NCBI GenBank assembly: GCA_034666985.1
Contig: JAXDKS010000063.1
Location: 105,226-169,225, forward strand
Direction of reading: 5' to 3'
DNA length: 64,000 nucleotides
From: Acidobacteriota bacterium
GTDB taxonomy: Bacteria > Acidobacteriota > Thermoanaerobaculia > Multivoradales > UBA5704
Positions within the stretch are counted from its first letter, which is position 1; each line of letters starts with the position of its first letter. Positions 54,790-62,048 of this stretch are shown piece after piece. Below the pieces are notes generated by a model. That model saw only the letters and a program-made list of their open reading frames with translations, was not told the DNA's origin and did not search any database. The position numbers and the translations under genes are program-made.

Positions 54790-55491
54790 GTGCGCTCCTA
54801 CGTCGTCTTCCTGGTGCTGCTGGTGGTCAAGGCGCTCTCGCGTCTCTTCTACCGCATCGACATGCGGTGGATCGGCGACGTGCCGCCCGATCCCTGGAAG
54901 CGCGTCCGCATCGCCGCCATCCTCAATCACACCAGCCTGTGGGAGGCCCTCTTCGCCGGCGGCTGCCCTCCGAGCTTCCTCTGGCGCCTGGCCCGCCATG
55001 GCGTCGTCCCCATCGCCCAGAAGACGGCCAACCGGGCGCTGGTGGGACGGTTCTACGGCCTGGTCGCGGCGCGGGTCATCTCGATCACCCGGGAGCGCGA
55101 CGAGACCTGGAGCCAGGTGCTCAAGGAGATCGATCCCGACGCCATGGTGATCATCCTGCCGGAGGGGAGGATGAAGCGGGCCACGGGCCTCGACTCCGAG
55201 GGCAAGCCGATGACGGTGCGCGGCGGCGTCGCCGACATCCTGGAGACCGTGGACGACGGACGGCTGCTCATCGCCTACAGCGGCGGCCTCCACCACGTGC
55301 ACACCCCGGGCGACCGCTTCCCCCACCTGTTCAAGACCATCCGCATGCGGATGGAGGTGGTGGAGATCGCCGAGTACCGCGCCGCCCGCCTGGCCGAAGG
55401 GGGCGCCAAGGGCTTCCGCCGCGCGGTGGTCAACGACCTCCAGCAGCGGCGCGACGAGATCTGCCCGCCCCTGGAGGCGGCCGGCTCGTAG
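54790..55491 (+). CDS. Lysophospholipid (1-acyl-glycerol-3-phosphate) acyltransferase family protein, PlsC-like
   Basis: NHTSLWEAL (HxxxxD-type block I) and ILPEGRM (block III) motifs, plus an N-terminal TM. GTG at 54790. Confidence 0.7.
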   Translation: MRSYVVFLVLLVVKALSRLFYRIDMRWIGDVPPDPWKRVRIAAILNHTSLWEALFAGGCPPSFLWRLARHGVVPIAQKTANRALVGRFYGLVAARVISITRERDETWSQVLKEIDPDAMVIILPEGRMKRATGLDSEGKPMTVRGGVADILETVDDGRLLIAYSGGLHHVHTPGDRFPHLFKTIRMRMEVVEIAEYRAARLAEGGAKGFRRAVVNDLQQRRDEICPPLEAAGS

Positions 55492-55510
55492 CGCTATACT
55501 CCGAGACCTG

Positions 55511-55852
55511 ATGTCCGCTCTCAGGATGCATTTCGCCGCCGGCCTGCTGGCACTGATCCTGGCGCTCCTCGCCAGTTCGCCGGGAGCCGGCGCGCGGATC
55601 GCGAAGTCCCACGATCCCGCGCTGGCCGACGACCCTGGCGTCCTCGCGCCCTGCGACGCCGCCGACGTGGACGACGACGACAGCTCTCCCGGCGGCGAGC
55701 CGCCGGAGTCCGGCAACTGGGCCCTCTGCGCCCAGGGCCCGCAGTTGGGGCTCGACCCCAGCGGCCGGGTGGACCTCGCGCGCAGCTATACGGGGCTCTC
55801 CCCCGCCCGCCACCTGCGGCGCGGCGGCAATTCGCCTCCGGGGTGCCCGCCA
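55511..55852 (+). CDS. Hypothetical small secreted Asp/Pro-rich protein
   Basis: Signal-peptide-like N-terminus, then low-complexity sequence. Weak. Confidence 0.25.
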
Positions 55853-56757
55853 TGACGGAGCCTTCGTCCCCCCGGACGCAGACGGCCGAGGCCCACCACC
55901 GGGCGGTCGAGCGCGTCATCCAAGCCCTGAGGCGCAACCCCTCCAGCGACTTCTCCCTCCAGGCCATGGCCAGCCTGGCGCTGATGAGCCGCTTCCACTT
56001 CAACCGCGTCTTCCGCCAGCTCACGGGCGTGCCGCCCGGCTACTTCCACAGCGCCCTGCGGCTGCAGGCGGCCAAGCGGCTGCTGCTCACCACCGACCTC
56101 AGCGTCCTCGACGTCTGCTTCGCGGTGGGCTACCAGAGCCCGGGCACCTTCAACCGCCGCTTCAACGAGATGGTGGGTCTGTCGCCGCAGCGCGTGCGCC
56201 GGCTGGCGCGGACGACGCCCTCGCTGCTGGCGCGGCTGCCGGAGCTGCTGCCCGCTCCGGGCGCGGCGGGGACGTCGGGGATCGCGGGGATCCCGGGATC
56301 GGTGGCCGGGCCGCCGGACTTCGAGGGGCTGGTCTTCGTGGGCCTGTTCTCCCGTCCCATCCCCCAGGGCCGGCCCGCCGGTTTCGCCCTGCTCCCCGGC
56401 CCCGGCCGCTTCCGCATGCCCGCCGTCCCGGACGGCGACTACCACCTGCTCGCGGTGGCGCTGCCGGCCGGCGCCGATATCGCGATCGCCCTGATGGACC
56501 CGGACGCCGGGCTCCGCTCGCGGCCGCAGGAGCGCCGCGTCCCGGTGCGGGGCGGGGCCACGCCGGACCCTTCGCACCTCGTGCTGCGGCCCGCCGAGGA
56601 CTTCGATCCGCCGATCCTGCCCGTCCTCCCCCTGCTCCTTGCCGAACGCCTGGGGAGGACAAAAAAATATGGGGCGGACGCCACGCGCGCCGCCCCACCA
56701 CACCCCGCCACCCCACCCCTTGCTATGCAGGAGCCTGGAAGAATCCGCCAAGCCTGA
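55852..56757 (+). CDS. AraC/XylS-family transcriptional regulator (N-terminal HTH, C-terminal uncharacterised domain)
   Basis: Paired HTH_AraC helices (FSLQAMASLALMSRFHFNRVFRQLTGVPPGYF...LLTTDLSVLDVCFAVGYQSPGTFNRRFNEMVGLSPQRVRR). ATG at 55852. Confidence 0.8.
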   Translation: MTEPSSPRTQTAEAHHRAVERVIQALRRNPSSDFSLQAMASLALMSRFHFNRVFRQLTGVPPGYFHSALRLQAAKRLLLTTDLSVLDVCFAVGYQSPGTFNRRFNEMVGLSPQRVRRLARTTPSLLARLPELLPAPGAAGTSGIAGIPGSVAGPPDFEGLVFVGLFSRPIPQGRPAGFALLPGPGRFRMPAVPDGDYHLLAVALPAGADIAIALMDPDAGLRSRPQERRVPVRGGATPDPSHLVLRPAEDFDPPILPVLPLLLAERLGRTKKYGADATRAAPPHPATPPLAMQEPGRIRQA

Positions 56758-56853
56758 CTGCTTGCGAGCACCGTAAGGGCCGCCGGTGGATCGAGTCAAT
56801 CTCCTGGATTGCGCGATTGCGGCGAGCGGCTCCGGCGCTGGAGCCGTCGTACA

Positions 56854-58002
56854 ATGGCGGCGGGAGGTGCGGTGTTCGGTAAACCCATCGAGCTGTTCAG
56901 GATTTTCGGGTTCGCGATCCGGATCGATCCCTCCTGGCTCATCGTCGCCATCCTGGTGACGTGGACCTTCACGCGGACCTTCCCGGCCTGGGCGCCCGGC
57001 CTCGCGTCGTCCACCTATCTGGTGATGGGGGTGGCCGCAGCGATCGGCTACTTCGTCTCCGTGGTGCTCCACGAGCTCTCCCACGCCCTGGTGGCCAGGA
57101 CGTACGGCATGGAGATGCGGGGCATCACCCTGTTCATCTTCGGCGGCGTGGCCGAGATGCCCGGCGAGCCGACGACGGCCCAGGCCGAATTCGTGGTGGC
57201 CGCGGCCGGGCCGGCGGCGAGCTTCGCCCTCGCCCTGGCCTTCGGCGCGGGCTACCTGGTCGCCACCGTGGCCGGCCTGCCCGCCCCGGTCGCGGCGATC
57301 TGCGGCCTCCTCGGCGTGCTCAACGCCACCCTGGCGCTGTTCAACCTGGCCCCCGCCTTCCCGCTCGACGGCGGCCGCATGCTGCGCGCCGTGCTCTGGG
57401 GATGGAGCGGCAACCTGCGCCGGGCCACCCGCATCGCCTCCGGCATCGGCTCGGGGTTCGGCCTGCTGCTGGTGGGCCTGGGCGTGCTCTCCACCGTGCG
57501 CGGCAACCTCGTCTCGGGATTGTGGTTCTTCCTCCTCGGCCTGTTCGTGCGCAACGCGGCCCAGGCCTCCTACCAGCAGCTCCTGCTGCGCCGGGCCCTG
57601 GAGGGCGAGCCGGTCTCCCGCTTCATGCAGACCGACCCGGTGACCGTGCCGCGGGCCATCTCCGTGCTCGACCTGGTGCAGGGCTACGTCTACAAGCACC
57701 ACTTCAAGATGTTCCCGGTGGTGGACGGCGGCCGGCTCCTGGGCTGCGTCACCACCCGGCAGGTGCGCGAGCTCCCCCGCGACGAGTGGGACCGCCAGAC
57801 AGTCGGCTCGCTGGCCGAGCGCTGCACCCCCGAGAACACGGTCGGGGCGGACACCGACGCCATGCAGGCCCTCGCCATGATGAGCCGCACGGGCGCCTCC
57901 CGCCTGATGGTGGTGGAGGGCGACCGCCTGCTCGGCATCCTCTCGCTCAAGGACCTGCTGCGGTTCTTCTCGCTGAAGATGGAGCTCGAAGAGGTCCGCT
58001 GA
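56854..58002 (+). CDS. M50 (site-2 protease) family membrane metalloprotease with C-terminal CBS pair
   Basis: HELSHAL zinc motif within a multi-TM core, LDG motif (AFPLDGGRML), then two CBS-like repeats (VVDGGRLLGCVTTRQV / VVEGDRLLGILSLKDLL). Confidence 0.85.
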   Translation: MAAGGAVFGKPIELFRIFGFAIRIDPSWLIVAILVTWTFTRTFPAWAPGLASSTYLVMGVAAAIGYFVSVVLHELSHALVARTYGMEMRGITLFIFGGVAEMPGEPTTAQAEFVVAAAGPAASFALALAFGAGYLVATVAGLPAPVAAICGLLGVLNATLALFNLAPAFPLDGGRMLRAVLWGWSGNLRRATRIASGIGSGFGLLLVGLGVLSTVRGNLVSGLWFFLLGLFVRNAAQASYQQLLLRRALEGEPVSRFMQTDPVTVPRAISVLDLVQGYVYKHHFKMFPVVDGGRLLGCVTTRQVRELPRDEWDRQTVGSLAERCTPENTVGADTDAMQALAMMSRTGASRLMVVEGDRLLGILSLKDLLRFFSLKMELEEVR

Positions 58003-58092
58003 GCCCTTTCGAAGCGGCGAAAATATGAGATAGTTATCTCCAGGACGGCTCGTCTAGCCCCGCTCACGGCACCTCAAGATTGAGGAGCATTG

Positions 58093-59142
58093 ATGACGAC
58101 GAACGAGAACCGTACGACCGCTCTCTCCCTGCCTCAGGCACCCCCGCGGCCGCGTTCCCTGCGCGCCGGCCTCCGGCGTGCCCTGTTCGGCATCGATCCG
58201 CGGGAGACGACGTTCGCCCGCCGCGGCTTCCATGCCCCCGGCGATGAAGCGGGACCTGTGCGTGAGCGCCTGGAGCGGGTGGGCGCCACCTTCGTCCGGG
58301 GCTACCACGCCGCCCTGGAGGAGGAGCGGCCGGAGCCCCTGGCGGCGCGGATCGACGCCGAGGTGGAGCGCGAATTCCGCGGCTTCGCCTACGAGGGGGC
58401 GGGCATGGCCCTCGCGCTGCTCGACACGCTGCTGCCAGGCCGGCGAGACCGGCTGGCCCGCTTCCTCGCCGGCCCGGGCGAGCCCCAGACCTACATCATC
58501 TACGTCGGCGCCGGCTGGGTGATGGCCCGGCTGCCGGTCTCCCCCGAGCGCTACCTCTCCCGCCTGGCCGATCCCGTCACCGATCCAATCATGCGCTGGC
58601 TGGCCCTGGACGGCTTCGGCTTCCACGAGGGCTTCTTCCACGCCTCCCGGTCGGTGGCCCGCCAGGAGGTGCCCCGGCGACTTCGCGGCCATCGCGGCTA
58701 CTTCCGGCGGGGGTTCGACCAGGGGCTGGGCCGCAGCCTGTGGTTCGTGGAGGGCGCCGACGTCGGCCGCCTGCCGCGGACGATCGGCGCCTTCCCCGCC
58801 TCCCGCCAGCCGGACCTGTGGAGCGGCCTGGGCCTCGCCTGCGGCTACGCGGGCGGGCGCACCCGCTCCGAGGTCGAGTCCCTGCGGGCCGCGGCCGGCC
58901 CGTTCGCACCGCAGCTCGCCCAGGGGGTGGCCTTCGCCGCCAAGGCGCGGCAACGGGCGGGCAACCCGGCCGCCCACACCGAGCTCGCCTGCCGGGTGAT
59001 CTGCGGCTGCTCCGCCGAGGAGGCCGCGGCGGTGACCGACGAAGCCCTCCACGATCTCCCTTCAGACCGTCCGGACGAGCCCGCCTTCGAGGTCTGGCGC
59101 CGGCGGATCCAGGACCACTTCTCCTCAGGGAGCCCCGCATGA
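58093..59142 (+). CDS. unbL: UnbL-like (DUF1702) enediyne/polyene PKS cassette protein
   Basis: Assigned mainly from conserved position (first gene of the unbL-unbV-unbU-pksE cassette, translationally coupled by an ATGA overlap) and size of about 350 aa. RBS GAGGAG lies 5 nt before ATG 58093. Confidence 0.6.
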   Translation: MTTNENRTTALSLPQAPPRPRSLRAGLRRALFGIDPRETTFARRGFHAPGDEAGPVRERLERVGATFVRGYHAALEEERPEPLAARIDAEVEREFRGFAYEGAGMALALLDTLLPGRRDRLARFLAGPGEPQTYIIYVGAGWVMARLPVSPERYLSRLADPVTDPIMRWLALDGFGFHEGFFHASRSVARQEVPRRLRGHRGYFRRGFDQGLGRSLWFVEGADVGRLPRTIGAFPASRQPDLWSGLGLACGYAGGRTRSEVESLRAAAGPFAPQLAQGVAFAAKARQRAGNPAAHTELACRVICGCSAEEAAAVTDEALHDLPSDRPDEPAFEVWRRRIQDHFSSGSPA

Positions 59143-61139
59143 CCGAGCAGAACGGCCTCTTCCGCCGCAACGCGACCCGGCTCGTGGCCGTGGCGCTGAT
59201 CTTCGCCCTCTACGGGTTCGCGCGCCTGCCGACGCTGCCCGAGCCGCAGCGGCAGGCCCTCGCCTCCCGCTTCTCCTTCACCCGCACGCCGATCGCCACG
59301 CCGGCCGGCGCCAACCTCGACCGCACCGTCCGCCATGTCCACCCGGGCTTCCAGGACATCGCCTCCTGGATCTCCAGCGTCGGAGCCGGCGTGGCGCTCA
59401 ACGACCTCGACGGCGACGGGCTGGCCAACGACCTCTGCTCGGTGGATCCCCGGCTCGATCAGGTCCTGGTCCAGCCGGCGCCGCGCACGGGGGATCGCTA
59501 CCCCCTCTTCGCCCTCGATCCGTCGCCGCTCCCCTATGACGCGCGGACCACGGCGCCCATGGGCTGCCTGCCCGGCGACTGGAACGAGGACGGGCGGATG
59601 GACCTGCTGGTCTACTACTGGGGCCGGCCGCCCATCGCCTTCCTGCGTGTGGCTGACGACGGCCCGCCGTCAGCGGCCTCGTACCGGCCGGTGGCGGTGG
59701 CGCCCGGCGATCAGATCTGGAACACCAACGCCCTGACCAGCGCCGACGTGGACGGCGACGGCCACCTCGACCTGATCGTCGGCAACTACTTCCCGGACGG
59801 CATGCGGGTGCTCGACGCCCAGGCCACCGACCGCGCCCATCTGCACCGCTCCATGTCGCGCTCGGAGAACGGCGGCCAAAACCGGCTGCTGCTCTGGCAG
59901 GCGGGCACCGGCGGTCCTCAGCCCACGGTGCGCTTCGCCGACGTCGCCAACGCCTTCGATCCCCAGACCACCTATTCCTGGACCCTGGCCGTGGGCGCCG
60001 CCGATCTCGACGGCGACCTGCTGCCGGAGATCTACTTCGGCAACGACTTCGGCAACGACCGGCTGCTGCGCAACCTGTCGACGCCCGGCCACCCGCGCTT
60101 CGCCGCGGTCGAGGGGCGGCGGACCTTCACCTCCCCCACCTCCAAGGTGCTGGGGCACGACTCGTTCAAGGGCATGGGCGTCGACTTCGCGGACCTGAAC
60201 GGCGACGGCATCCCGGACCTGTACGTGAGCAACATCGCCCAGAACTACGCCCTGGAGGAGAGCCACTTCGTGTGGGTGAGCACGGGCGACGTGGCACCCC
60301 TGCGCAAGGGGGTGGCCCCCTACACCGACCAGAGCGAGACCCTCGGCCTGTCGCGCAGCGGCTGGGGCTGGGACGCGCGCTTCGCGGACTTCGACAACGA
60401 CGGCGTGCCGGAGGCCACGCAGGCCATCGGCTTCGTGCGCGGCGAGGCCAACCGCTGGCCCGAGCTGCACGAGCTCGCCATGGGCAACGACAACAACATG
60501 GACCACCCTGGCGCCTGGGCTCACATCAAGCCGGGCGACGACCTCTCCGGGCACCTGCACAACCCCTTCTTCGTCCGCGCCCGCGACGGCCGCTACTACG
60601 ACGTGGCCCCCGAGCTGGGGATGGACGACAGCCACGTCAGCCGCGGCATCGCCATCGCCGACGTGGATGGCGACGGCGATCTCGACTACGCCGTGGCCGA
60701 TCAGTGGGAGACCTCCTACTTCTTCCGTAACGACAGCCCGCACCCGGGCGCCTCACTGGAGCTGGTGCCCCGGCTGCCGACGACGTCGGGAGACATCGGG
60801 CGGACGCGTCCGGCGGTCGGCGCCAAGGTGACCGTCACCCTGCCGGACGGCCGGCGACGGGTGGCGCAGGTGGACGGCGGCAGCGGCCACTCGGGCAAGC
60901 GGGCGCCCGAGGTCCACTTCGGCCTCGGCTCGATGAGCCCCGCGACCGTGCTGCGCGTCGACGTGCGCTGGCGCGACGGACAGGGCCGCCCGCAGGCCAC
61001 CACCCTGCGGCTCGCCCCCGGGCGGCACACCGTGGTGCTCGGGGCGGTGACGGCGCCGCCGCCGGTGGTGGCAGGCGTGGCAGGGGACGTCAGGCAGGAC
61101 GTCGTGAAACCGGCAGAGTCCAAGGGAAAGGCGGATTGA
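59139..61139 (+). CDS. unbV: UnbV-like secreted protein (FG-GAP/VCBS repeats + ASPIC-UnbV C-terminal domain)
   Basis: Signal/TM N-terminus, repeated DGDG/FG-GAP-like Ca-binding loops (NDLDGDGLAND, DVDGDGHLDLIVGNYF, DLNGDGIPDLYVSN, DVDGDGDLDYAV), and a C-terminal ASPIC-like block ...VDGGSGHSGKRAPEVHFGLGS... Confidence 0.75.
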   Translation: MTEQNGLFRRNATRLVAVALIFALYGFARLPTLPEPQRQALASRFSFTRTPIATPAGANLDRTVRHVHPGFQDIASWISSVGAGVALNDLDGDGLANDLCSVDPRLDQVLVQPAPRTGDRYPLFALDPSPLPYDARTTAPMGCLPGDWNEDGRMDLLVYYWGRPPIAFLRVADDGPPSAASYRPVAVAPGDQIWNTNALTSADVDGDGHLDLIVGNYFPDGMRVLDAQATDRAHLHRSMSRSENGGQNRLLLWQAGTGGPQPTVRFADVANAFDPQTTYSWTLAVGAADLDGDLLPEIYFGNDFGNDRLLRNLSTPGHPRFAAVEGRRTFTSPTSKVLGHDSFKGMGVDFADLNGDGIPDLYVSNIAQNYALEESHFVWVSTGDVAPLRKGVAPYTDQSETLGLSRSGWGWDARFADFDNDGVPEATQAIGFVRGEANRWPELHELAMGNDNNMDHPGAWAHIKPGDDLSGHLHNPFFVRARDGRYYDVAPELGMDDSHVSRGIAIADVDGDGDLDYAVADQWETSYFFRNDSPHPGASLELVPRLPTTSGDIGRTRPAVGAKVTVTLPDGRRRVAQVDGGSGHSGKRAPEVHFGLGSMSPATVLRVDVRWRDGQGRPQATTLRLAPGRHTVVLGAVTAPPPVVAGVAGDVRQDVVKPAESKGKAD

Positions 61140-61142
61140 GAG

Positions 61143-62048
61143 ATGGCTGAGAAGAAAGACATGCGCCTGGGTGCCCTGCGCCGGTTCGCGACTGCGATCA
61201 CGGTCCTCAACGTCCTGGGCCACACGGTGCTCGGCTTCGAGCAGTCGCTCGCCACGCCGGTGACGGCCGTGCTCGTCGCCTACGCGATGGAGATCCTGCT
61301 CGAGGTCGTCGAGTCGCGGCGGCTCGGCCGCAAGCCGCGCTTCCTGGGCCCCGGCTCCACCTTCGTCGACTTCCTGCTCTCGGCCCACATCACGGGTCTC
61401 GCGGTTGGCATGCTGCTCTACGCCAACGAGCGGCTGCTGCCCGTGGCCTTCGCCGCCGCCGTGGCCATCGGCTCGAAGTACCTGTTCCGGGTGGGCACCA
61501 ACGGCGCCCGCCGGCACTTCTTCAATCCTTCGAACCTGGGGATCACGGCGACCCTCCTCGCCTTCCCCTGGGTGGGCATCGCCCAGCCTTACATGTTCAC
61601 CGAGAACCTCTCCGGCGCCGGCGACTGGGTGCTGCCGATCATCATCGTCTGCTCGGGCTCGTTCCTCAACACCAAGTTCACCCGCCGTATCCCGCTGATC
61701 CTCGCTTGGCTCGGCGGCTTCGTGCTGCAGGCGGCGATCCGCCACTTCGCCTTCGGCAACCTCTTCCTGCCTTCGCTCAACCCGCTGACCGGGATGGCTT
61801 TCCTGCTCTTCACCTTCTACATGGTGACCGACCCGGCGACGACGCCGGTGACGCGGCGCGGGCAGATCGCCTTCGGCCTGTCGATGGCGGCGGCCTACGG
61901 GACGCTGATGGCGTTCCACATCGTCTTCGGCCTCTTCTTCGGCCTCAGCGCGGTGTGCGCCGGCCGCGGCGTCCTCCTCTACCTCAAGGCCCTGGCGGCG
62001 CAGCGGGCCGAGGCGCGGGTCAAGGTGGCCTTCCCGGCGGAGGCATGA
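61143..62048 (+). CDS. unbU: UnbU-like polytopic membrane protein of the enediyne/polyene cassette
   Basis: About 300 aa with about 8 predicted TM helices. Sits between unbV and pksE, with an ATGA overlap with pksE at 62045-62048. Confidence 0.65.
   Translation: MAEKKDMRLGALRRFATAITVLNVLGHTVLGFEQSLATPVTAVLVAYAMEILLEVVESRRLGRKPRFLGPGSTFVDFLLSAHITGLAVGMLLYANERLLPVAFAAAVAIGSKYLFRVGTNGARRHFFNPSNLGITATLLAFPWVGIAQPYMFTENLSGAGDWVLPIIIVCSGSFLNTKFTRRIPLILAWLGGFVLQAAIRHFAFGNLFLPSLNPLTGMAFLLFTFYMVTDPATTPVTRRGQIAFGLSMAAAYGTLMAFHIVFGLFFGLSAVCAGRGVLLYLKALAAQRAEARVKVAFPAEA

Noticed and set aside
54743-54790. Weak inverted repeat (GGGTGAGGG / CCCTCACC) after the C25-like gene
   Set aside because: Short stem, about 30-nt loop, no U-tract. 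It overlaps the GTG start region of the acyltransferase gene and is not convincing as a terminator.
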